A DNA stretch of 64,000 bases from a virus (lineage: Duplodnaviria; Caudoviricetes). Made by a program: the position numbers and the translations under genes. The notes beneath the pieces are model-generated. The model saw only the letters and a program-made list of their open reading frames with translations, searched no databases and was not told the origin of the DNA. Location of the stretch: the IMG/VR virus record IMGVR_UViG_3300012956_000018, positions 1 to 64,000 of that record. The stretch is one strand, 5' to 3'. Shown here piece after piece: positions 28,734 through 39,140 of this stretch; position 1 is the stretch's first letter; every line of letters starts with the position of its first letter.

Positions 28734-29446
28734 GTTTTGTTAGTGCTCCAAGAGATATATTCTCTAGAAAACTGTATGATAAATATATAGCGGAAGTTGT
28801 TGATAATAATGATCCAAAGCAGTTAGGAAGAATTCGTGTAAAGATACTAGAACTTCACGGAACTAAGATACCTAACGACAAACTACCTTGGGCATCTCCT
28901 ATATATCCATCTGGCCATGGATCAAAATCTGGATACGGATCTTTAGTCCTGCCTGAAGTAGGTTCTAGAGTATTTGTAGAATTATATAAAGGAGATATTT
29001 ACAGTCTATTTTATGTAGGAGCTCCTAGAGAGTTTAATCGTCAAGTATCTTCTCAGCTTTTAGCTAATTATCCATATAATTATGGCTATCAAGATCCTAA
29101 AGGTAATAGGTTAAGAATAAACTTACAAGATAATTCTGTAGAAATCACTCTAGCCAACGGTACAGTCGTTAATATAAATACAGACGGCAATATTTCACTT
29201 ACTACTCCAGGTACTGTAACAACTAATACTGGAGATCAAGATCACACTGCTTCTCAGTTTACATTTAATGGCCCTGTTCAGATAAATGGTACTCTGAATG
29301 TTTCAGATAATATAACTGGGGCAGCTGAAGTAGCCGATTTAGATGGAACAATGACTGAGATGAGGACAACTTATAATTCTCATACTCACGGAGGAGTTGA
29401 TAGTGGATCTTCTAACACCAACTCACCTAATCAGGGGATGACATGA
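28730..29446 (+). CDS. baseplate central spike (gp5 OB-fold / P2 gpV-like with HxH apex)
   Basis: VVDNNDPKQLGRIRVKI, LPWA, PEVGSRVFV, C-terminal YNSHTHGGV; no lysozyme domain. Confidence 0.88.
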   Translation: MSFVSAPRDIFSRKLYDKYIAEVVDNNDPKQLGRIRVKILELHGTKIPNDKLPWASPIYPSGHGSKSGYGSLVLPEVGSRVFVELYKGDIYSLFYVGAPREFNRQVSSQLLANYPYNYGYQDPKGNRLRINLQDNSVEITLANGTVVNINTDGNISLTTPGTVTTNTGDQDHTASQFTFNGPVQINGTLNVSDNITGAAEVADLDGTMTEMRTTYNSHTHGGVDSGSSNTNSPNQGMT

Positions 29447-29628
29447 CTTCGAGTAATTATACTGCTGGGCATATTGCATATTGGGATTCTAAATTTCCTA
29501 TACCGGATGGATTTATCAAATGTCAGATTCCTAGAGTTGTTGATTCTCTAGCTTCTAGTATTGGCCAAAATAAGCTACCAAAGGATACGATAGCTATTAT
29601 TAAAACTTCTCCTGATAAGAAATTATGA
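29443..29628 (+). CDS. hypothetical protein
   Basis: ATGA overlap; GHIAYWDSKFPIPDGFIKC weakly resembles a tail-collar motif. Confidence 0.45.
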   Translation: MTSSNYTAGHIAYWDSKFPIPDGFIKCQIPRVVDSLASSIGQNKLPKDTIAIIKTSPDKKL

Positions 29629-29629
29629 C

Positions 29630-29848
29630 ATGTACTCTACTATAGAAGAACTACAAAAGAAATTTAGATCTGTTAATATTGATATGATTATAGGAGATGA
29701 AGTAGGATTCAGAAGAGCACTTATTTACGGCAAGGAAGCTACATGGTCAGATTGTGGCCCTAGTTGGAGATATGCAATATATAAAGGGAAAGTATGGGCA
29801 TGTAAAGGAGTACAGAACATCAAGTATAAACGGAAAAGAGTAGCTTAG
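29630..29848 (+). CDS. hypothetical protein
   Basis: 72-aa ORF coupled to its neighbours. Confidence 0.5.
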   Translation: MYSTIEELQKKFRSVNIDMIIGDEVGFRRALIYGKEATWSDCGPSWRYAIYKGKVWACKGVQNIKYKRKRVA

Positions 29849-29849
29849 T

Positions 29850-30029
29850 ATGATTAAGAAAGATAGCTATATTCAAAAGTTAATATCATCCATAAAAAAT
29901 ACTTTCTCGGACAATAGTACAGACTTGTCCTTCCTAAAGAAGACGTCATGTCAACCGAATATAGATAGAGCTCGTGAGAAGCTGTATAAGCCGTTTAAGG
30001 ATAAGCCCGGCCAGCCCCCGAGGGGCTGA
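29850..30029 (+). CDS. possible 59-aa hypothetical protein
   Basis: ATG 2 nt after the previous stop; ends in a GC hairpin. Not in the ORF track. Confidence 0.3.
   Translation: MIKKDSYIQKLISSIKNTFSDNSTDLSFLKKTSCQPNIDRAREKLYKPFKDKPGQPPRG
30012..30028. other. GC-rich perfect hairpin CAGCCCC-CGA-GGGGCTG
   Basis: 7-bp stem in a GC-rich island; no U-tract on either strand. Confidence 0.6.
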
Positions 30030-30099
30030 TGTCTAAGCACCGTAGGAAACTTGTTAGAGTGTTTAAGAGCGTATTACCCTCTGCTTCGGAACCTTACTT

Positions 30100-30495
30100 A
30101 TGGCGAATTCTACTGTATTGTTTTCAGATATAAACCCTGAATTTAGGAATAAGAGCGCGAAACCTGAGCTCTTATTTGGAGAAGATTCAGTAAATAATTC
30201 TATAAGAAATATTTTAATGATCTCTCAGAACGAGAGATTCATGTTTAGTGAATTTGGATCGAAAATACAAGATTATATATTTCAACCTATGGGCCCAGGT
30301 ATAGAGTTGAGACTGTTAAACCATATTATTAAAATAATTAATAGATGGGATCCTCGAGTGATTATTGATGAAAGTAGATCTTCAATAACAGGATATCCTA
30401 ATAAGAACAGTTGGGAAATTATGTTAGTATATAGTATAGCCAATACCAGTTTAATTGGTATTTATCAAGATATAATAAAGAGTAGAGAACTATGA
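30100..30495 (+). CDS. baseplate wedge/sheath initiator (gp25-like)
   Basis: FSDIN...SVNNSIRNIL...ERFMFSEFGS...INRWDPRV. Confidence 0.88.
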   Translation: MANSTVLFSDINPEFRNKSAKPELLFGEDSVNNSIRNILMISQNERFMFSEFGSKIQDYIFQPMGPGIELRLLNHIIKIINRWDPRVIIDESRSSITGYPNKNSWEIMLVYSIANTSLIGIYQDIIKSREL

Positions 30496-31922
30496 CAGTA
30501 CAACTATCAGCTGATAGACCGGATTATGAAGATATTCTTCAACAATTATCTACAAATGTTCAATCTAGATCCGACGCATGGAGAGATTTATTAAATTCGT
30601 CTACCGGTACTATACTACTAGATCTATTAGCTGGTATAGGATCATTTTCTCAATTTAATATTGAAAGAGCAGTTCAAGAAGTATCTGGTTTTGATAGTGC
30701 TGTACTGCCTACCTCTGTGTATACCTTAGCTCTGATGCTAGGAGTATCTCCTAAGAGAAGAGTCTCAGCCAGAACTAGAGTTACTTTAAGTATCGAAGCT
30801 CCATATCCTAGTTCAGTAACTATACCTGCATATAATCAATTCGATATAGATGGTGTGGTATTTTATAATCCAGAAGATATTACCATAGCTGCTGGAGCTA
30901 CAGGAGTGTCTGATGTACTTCTTTCTCAAGGACAGATTATAACAAGAAGTAGTGTTGGAACAGGAGCTACTAATCAACAAATATCCGTATCTTCAGGATT
31001 TGTAGCGGATGAGAATTTCTTCAGAGTAACTGTAGATAATTCTGCATATATTAGGGAAAGAGTTTCTCTAGCAAAATATGGATCCTTAGATAATGCCTTC
31101 TTAGAGAGAACTCAACCTGATGGTACTATCAAGATAATATTTGGTAATGGACTATTCGGTACAGTACCAGGTCCTAGTCAGCTTATACAAATTATTTATG
31201 CTGATTCTATAGGTAAAGATGCCAACACAGCACAAACTAATCTTCCTGTAAAGTTATCAAGTGTTGTTAATACAGTGTTTGGTCAATTAACTGTAGTAGG
31301 GTTTAATACAGATGCTATTTCAGGTGGGGCTGATCAAGAGTCAGTAGATGAATTAAGATTCACTGCTCCTAGATTATTTGCTTCAGCTGAAAGATGTATC
31401 ACTAGGCAGGATTGGAAAGCTATCTCTTTACAATTTCCTTCAGTAGACATAGCTGACATAAATGTGTGGGCTGAATTTGAAGATTTTACTGGAGAGAATA
31501 GTCGCATGAATGTGGTGAGGCTAGTTATTCTACCTGAGTCTGGTGGAGTATTTAGCTCTCAGAATTATTCAGATTTCTTGACATTTATTTCTACATATAA
31601 ACATGTTACTACAGCAATAAAAATATTAGATCCTATACAAGTTAATGTAGGAATTACTGCTAATATTTATTACAAGTTAGGATACGATCCTAATGGAGTA
31701 CAAAACGCTGTACAATCAGCTATTAGCGATCTGTTTTCTCTTAAAATAGGGTCATTGGGCAGAGCTTACTATTTATCTGAGATATATCAAGCTATTCAGT
31801 CAGTAGACGGAGTAGATTTTGTTGAATTACTAGGCCCTACTAGTGACTTGATATTAGATAAAAGAGAATATGCCAATTTAAATAGTACTACCATAAACAT
31901 GATAACAAGCACTAGATCATGA
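30492..31922 (+). CDS. baseplate wedge protein (gp6 / baseplate J-like)
   Basis: STGTILLDLLA, IIFGNGLFG, ISGGADQESVDELRFTAP, RCITRQDW. Confidence 0.88.
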   Translation: MTVQLSADRPDYEDILQQLSTNVQSRSDAWRDLLNSSTGTILLDLLAGIGSFSQFNIERAVQEVSGFDSAVLPTSVYTLALMLGVSPKRRVSARTRVTLSIEAPYPSSVTIPAYNQFDIDGVVFYNPEDITIAAGATGVSDVLLSQGQIITRSSVGTGATNQQISVSSGFVADENFFRVTVDNSAYIRERVSLAKYGSLDNAFLERTQPDGTIKIIFGNGLFGTVPGPSQLIQIIYADSIGKDANTAQTNLPVKLSSVVNTVFGQLTVVGFNTDAISGGADQESVDELRFTAPRLFASAERCITRQDWKAISLQFPSVDIADINVWAEFEDFTGENSRMNVVRLVILPESGGVFSSQNYSDFLTFISTYKHVTTAIKILDPIQVNVGITANIYYKLGYDPNGVQNAVQSAISDLFSLKIGSLGRAYYLSEIYQAIQSVDGVDFVELLGPTSDLILDKREYANLNSTTINMITSTRS

Positions 31923-33799
31923 CAGTAAAATTAACTGATCTTCTCCCTGAAATTTATCAGGACGTACCTTGGATAAAGGCATATATTGAATCTGCAGAGG
32001 AGATAGTATATGATCAAGTAAGAGAGTTATGTAATAAAATTATAGAATTAAGAAGTCCGGATAAAGCTGAGTCTGAATTTCTTGGCAGTTTGATGAGATT
32101 GCTAGGATTCTTTGTTCCATTTGCTCATATTAATGAAATGGACAGACGAAGACTCATAGCTGATTTACCCTTCTTTTATGAGACTTCAGGAACTAGCTAT
32201 TTTATAAAGTTCTTATCTTATAATATAGGAGCCAAGGTAGAGATATTTAATCTATATTCTAATAGAACAGCAATTAATCTACCTCTTATAATATCATCTG
32301 GATCAGCATCTTTTAATAATCTAGCTGGCCCAGCGCCATTTAGTCCAGGATTATCTTCAGTGCCTGAAGGTACTTATAATTCAGAAAACGATGTAATATC
32401 AAAAGGTATGTTAGGAGATTTAGTATTTTATGCTAATCAGAATTCTTCAGGCAATACTTTAAATGGATCTATAAGAATAACCGGAACATCATTTAGACAT
32501 GTTGATGGCTCTGCAAGAAATATATCATCTCCCTTACAACTGAACACCCAGTATTTCTCTCTAGATGGTAGAATAGGGAAATTTTACTTGATGTGGACAG
32601 ATACTCTGCCTAATACGAGATTTGTGGCGGGTGGAGCTAACTGGTGGATAGATAATAATGGATCTAATATAAATATCATACCAGTTTATTTTAAAGAATC
32701 TACTAGTACTTGGGTAGCTATTCCTGGATCGATACCTGCTGTAGGATTACCGTTTCAAGAAGAAGAGTTTACTCCATTAATTACCGATATGATTATTGGA
32801 AAAGGAGATAGAATAGGTATTTCTTCTGCAGGAATAACTAATATAATACCGATATTATCATTTAATTCTATATCTACTTCTTCTGAAGTATTTACTGATT
32901 CAGGAGAATATTATGATTTATTGGTACAGAATTTTAATACTAATATAATTAATTGGAATGACGCCACTACAGGCGCAAATAATTCTACTGGATTTGATTT
33001 TGATTCTAGAAAATTAAAATTAACTCTACTAGATAATACATCAGGTAATCATCCTGAAATAAGATATTCATTTTCTACTATAGTAGGAGCCGCTTATGTA
33101 GTAGAAACTTATATAGCTGAAGGTACTTCATTAAGATTAAATGTGGGGACATCAGCAGGAGGAACTCAGTACGGATCAGTAGATAGAGTAGTCCAAGCTC
33201 ATTATGCTAGAATACTATTTACTGCTACATCTGCTACAGCCCACGTAAGTATCTTAATACCGGCATCTGCTACTGTAGATAGATCTACTTATGTAGAGCA
33301 AATTAGAATATCAAGAGCAGGCAGATTATTTAGTAATCAAGGAGGAGAGGGAGTATTTGACTATATTTCAGGGTATTACAATTTAACATTCAATACTGCT
33401 CCTGTTACTGGAACTCTAGTAAATATCTCCGGTATTACCAGAATTTATCAAAATCTAGTTCCACTATCAGAAATACCCATAGGTCAAGATTTAGTAGAAA
33501 ATGGTGGTAGTTGGTATTTAACTAATCTAGTTGGTGTAGATTACGATATATTAAAATTTCCAAATCTCAAAGCCCTTGCCGATATATTCTACAGAATAGC
33601 GCCAGCTCCATTGGTATTATTTACTATCCAAACTGGTATAGTAGACAGTACCGAAGTAAATGTAGCATCAGAACTATTTGATATAGAAGTAATATTAAGT
33701 AGTAATTCAGGTCAATCTTATATCATCCCAACATCTGGAAGAATTGGTGCTATTGATGAATCTTATATCGATCAAGTTGCAATTAATGCTTCAGAATAA
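31919..33799 (+). CDS. baseplate wedge protein (gp7 / P2 gpI-like) with nested inserted domains
   Basis: LLPEIY...LMRLLGF...RRLIADLPFFYETSGT N-terminus and YRIAPAP C-terminus flank a large insert. Confidence 0.7.
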   Translation: MTVKLTDLLPEIYQDVPWIKAYIESAEEIVYDQVRELCNKIIELRSPDKAESEFLGSLMRLLGFFVPFAHINEMDRRRLIADLPFFYETSGTSYFIKFLSYNIGAKVEIFNLYSNRTAINLPLIISSGSASFNNLAGPAPFSPGLSSVPEGTYNSENDVISKGMLGDLVFYANQNSSGNTLNGSIRITGTSFRHVDGSARNISSPLQLNTQYFSLDGRIGKFYLMWTDTLPNTRFVAGGANWWIDNNGSNINIIPVYFKESTSTWVAIPGSIPAVGLPFQEEEFTPLITDMIIGKGDRIGISSAGITNIIPILSFNSISTSSEVFTDSGEYYDLLVQNFNTNIINWNDATTGANNSTGFDFDSRKLKLTLLDNTSGNHPEIRYSFSTIVGAAYVVETYIAEGTSLRLNVGTSAGGTQYGSVDRVVQAHYARILFTATSATAHVSILIPASATVDRSTYVEQIRISRAGRLFSNQGGEGVFDYISGYYNLTFNTAPVTGTLVNISGITRIYQNLVPLSEIPIGQDLVENGGSWYLTNLVGVDYDILKFPNLKALADIFYRIAPAPLVLFTIQTGIVDSTEVNVASELFDIEVILSSNSGQSYIIPTSGRIGAIDESYIDQVAINASE

Positions 33800-33813
33800 G
33801 TAGGTGAGTTCTA

Positions 33814-36800
33814 ATGGCTCAAGTCACTAAGTTATTATTCGCGAATAATGCAGATGTTCAATTAGGAGCAGCAGTAGCCCCTAGTGATACTGTAATAGTA
33901 TTGGCTTCAGGAACCGGATCTAAATTCCCTCTTCCGGGAGCTAATGAAGCATTCATAATTACTATAGAAGATACTATTACTAAAGCATATGAAATATGTT
34001 TATGTACTAGTAGATCTGGTGATATATGTACTGTTACAAGACATCAGGAAGCTACATCAGCTCAGTCTTGGTCAGCTGTAACAGCAAGAGTATCTCATAG
34101 AGCTACAGCGTTTAGCTACAATTCATTTATCCAGAATCCTAACGGCGATGGTATCGATATATATGCAAATTCTAGTCTAATAGCATCGCAATTAGGCCTT
34201 AATATTATAGCTGGATCTGGAGTTTCGATTAGTGCAACTAATAATTTAGTAGATAATAGAGTAGATTTAACGATAACATCTCAAGCACTGACATCCCCAT
34301 TTGTTGTATCTGGCACTACTCCTATAGTGAGATTAAATGAAACTGATGGTGGTACAGATGAGAAGAATTGGGATATATATGCTAGTTCTGAGATATTTAG
34401 ACTAGCTCTAGTGAATGACGCGGCTGCGATATCTAGTGATTTCTTTAGCGTATCAAGAGTAGGTAATGATATATCTACTATATCTATTACTGCTCTAAGT
34501 GCTCAAAATACTATATTAAATTTATCAGCAGATACTATTAATGATATTTCTAGTAGTATAAATCTTGGCTTATCTGACGAGACACCTAATGGTATTGTAT
34601 TAATTCAAAATAATCCTGCTGAATTAAGATTTCTTGATGTTGGCGGTACTACTGATAATGACCTATGGAGAATATTCGGGGATAATGCTACGCTATCATT
34701 ATCAGCACTTAGCTCCGACGCCTCAGCATCCAGAAACATATTATCTGCAGTAAGATCTGGAACTGCCTTGACAGCTGTGGAATATGGCAACGGTACTGAT
34801 AATCCTACTCATAGCTTTAATGGAGATATCATTACTAATCTGCTGACCGGCAGAATTCGTAAGTCTGTAAATACTGGTCGTACTGTCTTATGTGGCGGCA
34901 GTGATTTTAATTCAGCATTTGGAGCAGTATTAGTATTAGAAGGTCAAGATTATGGTGGCTCTGGATTAGGCGGTACTGCGAATTTCATGTTAAATACAGG
35001 TAAGTCATTACGTGTAAATAGTAGTGATGTGTTTACTGTAGCAAATGCTGGTGCATTAATAAATGGATTAACTGCAGATGCCACTCCAAATGCAGCTACA
35101 GATTATGTAATGACTTATCAGGCTTCTTCTGGTCTAGCTAGAAGAGTACTATTAACTAATCTAGGGTCTGGAGGAGGAGGATCTTATGATCCTGCTGCTA
35201 ATTATACTTTAACAGGTATCAATACTTTTACTCCTCGCTTAAGAATAAATGATACTAGCAGTACTGCTAATAGAAGATTGTATCAAGTAGTAGCTACTTC
35301 AGATACTTTACAAGTTCAGGGTCTACTAGACGACACAAATCCAGATGTTACTTTCTTAGTCTTAGACAGAAATTACTTATCTGGAGGATCTGCAGCTATA
35401 AGAACTACTATTCCTATTAAAGCAGGAACAGTTTCATCTTCTCTGGCATCTCTTAATATTTCATCAGACACTAATTTATCTGTAGTAGGCACTTCAGCGG
35501 GAGGAATATTAAACTCCATCAGAATACCAGGAGGAGTGTCTCCTACTGCGATACAAAATACTAATATAGTTGGTGAATTAAGATTTTTAGGTCAATATGA
35601 TACTACTGCTGGGAATTATGCTTCTGGAGCATCTATTGTATCGGTTGCTACTGAAAATTGGTCTGGTAGCGCTAGAGGTAGTAGAATAGATGTTAATGTA
35701 ATAGGTAATGGCACTACTTCTCTATCTAATATACTCAACATCACATCATCTCAAATATCAGTAAATGGTAACATAAAACAAATCAGTGTAAACCCACGAA
35801 TAATACTAGAAGAAACAGGAGCAGGATCCGATCTTACTACGTGGGATATGCACTTAGATGCTGGAGTGTTGAGTCTTAGAACAAGAACGGATGCTGATGC
35901 TGCAGGCAGGGATATTTTAATTATTACAAGAGGAGCCACTACTGCAGTTTCTGCTATTCAGTATGGTAATCCTACTGATGATCCTACTCATACATTCTAT
36001 GGCCCTATTATACCAACAGGTAGCGACGGTATTATAAGGCATAATAATAATAGTGAACGTACTATAATATCTGGTGGCTTGACTACTGCTAATACTTCTG
36101 GTGCTGTTATTGAGTTAGAAGGTATTGACTACAGTGGCTCTGGAGCTGGCGGTAATTTACGCATCTCTCTGAATACTGGAAAGAATGCATATATTAACGG
36201 TAGTATTGTACTTCACGAAGGTAATATCAGCACCGTAGGAGCCGTCCCAGCTACCAGAACTATATCTTCAGGTACTGGACTGACTGGAGGAGGAGATTTA
36301 TCTGCTAATCGTACTATCTCAATAGTAACTAATGCTATTACTAATTCTTTAATAAGACAGTCTTCGGGTCTCAGCGTAATAGGTAGATCAACTAATAGTA
36401 CTGGAGATGTTGCTGATATAATAGCAACAGCTGATGGAGATATTTTACGAAGATCTGGAACTACTCTAGGATTCGGATCTATCTCAGCTACTTCTATAGG
36501 ATCTGGGGTATTGGCTATTGCTAGAGGGGGTACTGGCTTAGGTTCGTATGCTCAAGGCGACATTATTTATGCCAGTGCTGCCAACACTCTATCATCTTTA
36601 GCTAGAGATACTAATGCTACTAGATATCTATCTAATACAGGAACTTCAAATAATCCAGCATGGGCTCAAGTTAACTTAGTCAATGGAGTTACTGGTAATT
36701 TATCTGTTACTAATTTAAATTCTGGGACGTCAGCATCTTCTTCCACTTTCTGGAGAGGAGACGGTACATGGGCTATTCCGTCAGGAGCATCCCCTGCTGA

Positions 36801-38463
36801 TCCTACTGGTAGTATTGGCCTAGTGGCGGTTAATGGTGTAGCTACTAGCTTTATGAGAAGCGATGCTTCTCCTGCCTTAAATCAAAATATAGCTCCTACA
36901 TGGACGGGTATTCATACTTTCGCATCGTCCTCAGGATCCCATCAAGTAGTAATTTCAGGTACATTGGCTAGAATTAGATTTATAGAATCTGATGCTACTG
37001 CTAATAATGGAATTTGGGGAATTACCGCTAATACTGAGCAGTTTGAAATAGGAGCATTTAGTGATGATTTAGCTACAAATGTAGCAGCGCTACGTATTGA
37101 TAGAACAGCAACATCCATAGATTCTGTTAATATATTAGCTTCACAAGTACAAGTCAATGGACAAGACGTAAGAGATGCTGCTATAATTACATCTGGAACA
37201 TTCGGTATTCCTAGAGGAGGTACAGGTAATAGTACTTACACTCTTGGAGATATTCTGTATGCGTCTGGCACTACTACTCTTACTAGATTGTCAGGAAATA
37301 CTGCTGCATCTAGAAGATTCTTACGTCAAACTGGCACAGGTTCAGCATCAGCAGCACCAGTTTGGGATACCTTAACTTCTAATGATGTAGGCTTAGGTAA
37401 TGTAGAAAATACTGCACTCAGTGCATGGCCTGGGTCATCTAGTATTATTACGTTAGGAACAGTGACTACAGGGACATGGAATGCATCAACTATTGCTACT
37501 ACTAGAGGCGGTACTGGTCTGACTGCCTATAGCACAGGAGATTTAATATATGCATCAGCTACTAATACTTTATCTAGATTAGCATTTACAGGCACAGCAA
37601 CTAGATATTTAGCTAATACTGGTGCTGGTAGTACTCCTGAATGGAATCAGATAAATCTAGCCAATGGAGTTACTGGGACTTTGGCAGATGGTAGCTTATC
37701 TAGCAATGTGGCATTAAAGAATGCTGCCGCTACTATTAGTGGGTTATATAATTTTACTACTGCACCTACTATATCTAGTAATACCATTTGGCATTCAGGT
37801 AACGACGGAGCATCCTCGGGATTAGATGCTGACTTACTAGACGGCCAACATGGTTCGTATTATCAGAATGCTAGTAATATTAATGCAGGTACTGTAGCTG
37901 CAGCTAGGCTAGGCTCTGGTACTCCTAGTATAGATACATTACTAGCTGGTAATAGTACATGGGTGAATGCTCCAGTATACTATTCTAATGGATGGATAGC
38001 TGCTAGAGTAATTCAAAATACTGGAGTAGATGGAGCTCCTACTGATGGCATGTATATAGGTTATGGTAATTCTGGCGGTACTACTGCTCTTACTAGAATA
38101 TTCGGAGGAGGGTCCACCAGTGCTAGTGTTACTGTAGATGTTAGTGGTAATTTAGTAGCATCTGGTAATGTCACTGCGTCTTCTGATGAAAGACTGAAAG
38201 ATAATATTGAAAATATCAAGAATGCCCTATCAAAAATCAAGAATCTGAGAGGTATTACTTATGATAGAAATGATATTAATATTAGGCAATCTGGATTGAT
38301 TGCTCAGGATGTTGAGAAAGTATTACCTGAATTAGTAAGTACTAATGAATCTGGATATCTATCTATTGCATATGGTAATATGGCTGGATTATTCGTAGAA
38401 GCCATTAAAGAATTAGAATCTAGATTGTCTGATATTGAAGTTTCACTAGTAGGGAGATGGTAA
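33814..38463 (+). CDS. long tail fibre with C-terminal intramolecular chaperone (peptidase S74-like)
   Basis: FANNA N-terminus, repeated RGGTG modules, C-terminal SDERLKDNI...GLIAQDVEKVLPELV...YGNMAGLFVEAIKEL. Confidence 0.9.
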   Translation: MAQVTKLLFANNADVQLGAAVAPSDTVIVLASGTGSKFPLPGANEAFIITIEDTITKAYEICLCTSRSGDICTVTRHQEATSAQSWSAVTARVSHRATAFSYNSFIQNPNGDGIDIYANSSLIASQLGLNIIAGSGVSISATNNLVDNRVDLTITSQALTSPFVVSGTTPIVRLNETDGGTDEKNWDIYASSEIFRLALVNDAAAISSDFFSVSRVGNDISTISITALSAQNTILNLSADTINDISSSINLGLSDETPNGIVLIQNNPAELRFLDVGGTTDNDLWRIFGDNATLSLSALSSDASASRNILSAVRSGTALTAVEYGNGTDNPTHSFNGDIITNLLTGRIRKSVNTGRTVLCGGSDFNSAFGAVLVLEGQDYGGSGLGGTANFMLNTGKSLRVNSSDVFTVANAGALINGLTADATPNAATDYVMTYQASSGLARRVLLTNLGSGGGGSYDPAANYTLTGINTFTPRLRINDTSSTANRRLYQVVATSDTLQVQGLLDDTNPDVTFLVLDRNYLSGGSAAIRTTIPIKAGTVSSSLASLNISSDTNLSVVGTSAGGILNSIRIPGGVSPTAIQNTNIVGELRFLGQYDTTAGNYASGASIVSVATENWSGSARGSRIDVNVIGNGTTSLSNILNITSSQISVNGNIKQISVNPRIILEETGAGSDLTTWDMHLDAGVLSLRTRTDADAAGRDILIITRGATTAVSAIQYGNPTDDPTHTFYGPIIPTGSDGIIRHNNNSERTIISGGLTTANTSGAVIELEGIDYSGSGAGGNLRISLNTGKNAYINGSIVLHEGNISTVGAVPATRTISSGTGLTGGGDLSANRTISIVTNAITNSLIRQSSGLSVIGRSTNSTGDVADIIATADGDILRRSGTTLGFGSISATSIGSGVLAIARGGTGLGSYAQGDIIYASAANTLSSLARDTNATRYLSNTGTSNNPAWAQVNLVNGVTGNLSVTNLNSGTSASSSTFWRGDGTWAIPSGASPADPTGSIGLVAVNGVATSFMRSDASPALNQNIAPTWTGIHTFASSSGSHQVVISGTLARIRFIESDATANNGIWGITANTEQFEIGAFSDDLATNVAALRIDRTATSIDSVNILASQVQVNGQDVRDAAIITSGTFGIPRGGTGNSTYTLGDILYASGTTTLTRLSGNTAASRRFLRQTGTGSASAAPVWDTLTSNDVGLGNVENTALSAWPGSSSIITLGTVTTGTWNASTIATTRGGTGLTAYSTGDLIYASATNTLSRLAFTGTATRYLANTGAGSTPEWNQINLANGVTGTLADGSLSSNVALKNAAATISGLYNFTTAPTISSNTIWHSGNDGASSGLDADLLDGQHGSYYQNASNINAGTVAAARLGSGTPSIDTLLAGNSTWVNAPVYYSNGWIAARVIQNTGVDGAPTDGMYIGYGNSGGTTALTRIFGGGSTSASVTVDVSGNLVASGNVTASSDERLKDNIENIKNALSKIKNLRGITYDRNDINIRQSGLIAQDVEKVLPELVSTNESGYLSIAYGNMAGLFVEAIKELESRLSDIEVSLVGRW

Positions 38464-38464
38464 T

Positions 38465-39088
38465 ATGACTCTCCAATCATCAGGACCAATATCTCTTCAA
38501 AATTTGCAAGATGAATTTGGAGGATCTGCTCCTATATCTCTTAGTGAATATTATAGAGGTGGAGGACTGGTACCTAATACTGGGATTAATGTTAATGTAC
38601 CTATATCTGGCTCTATTTCTCTTCAGAATTTTTATAGTGCTAGCGTGTCTCCTGAATATACTCAGATATCTGTGTCATTAACTTCTGGATTATTAGATTC
38701 CGTCGTAGATTATTATGGATTTGTTTGTAATGTAAATACCGGAGTAGTACTGGCGGGCAGTATTTCTCCTAGTATATATCAAGGCCACACTATATTCGAA
38801 ATATCCCATCAAAATACAGGTAGTGGATGGAATTTCGAAATAGCTTTTAATAATGCATCTGGTGCTCCGGGGTATGTTTCTTCTTTATTAAAGAAGATTG
38901 AATTTGTAGATAATACTTCTACTAATAGAATATTTAGAACAGCTTATGACTCTCCCACAGGAACACCAGGGACTAGTGTAGTAGGCAATACTAGATTAAT
39001 TTCTTGGTTAGGAGCAGGCGGTGGAGTGCCTCAAGGATCTAGTATGTTCAATACTGGCAGTAATTACACAATTAATTTATTTTATTAA
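38465..39088 (+). CDS. tail fibre tip/adhesin-associated protein
   Basis: MTLQSSGPISLQNLQDEFGGSAPISLSEYYRGG...ISLQNFY, a motif typical of genes following S74 fibres. Confidence 0.75.
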   Translation: MTLQSSGPISLQNLQDEFGGSAPISLSEYYRGGGLVPNTGINVNVPISGSISLQNFYSASVSPEYTQISVSLTSGLLDSVVDYYGFVCNVNTGVVLAGSISPSIYQGHTIFEISHQNTGSGWNFEIAFNNASGAPGYVSSLLKKIEFVDNTSTNRIFRTAYDSPTGTPGTSVVGNTRLISWLGAGGGVPQGSSMFNTGSNYTINLFY

Positions 39089-39140
39089 GCACTATATTCA
39101 ACAAGATGACTAAAGATAAGGTAGTAAGGAAGATAAATAA

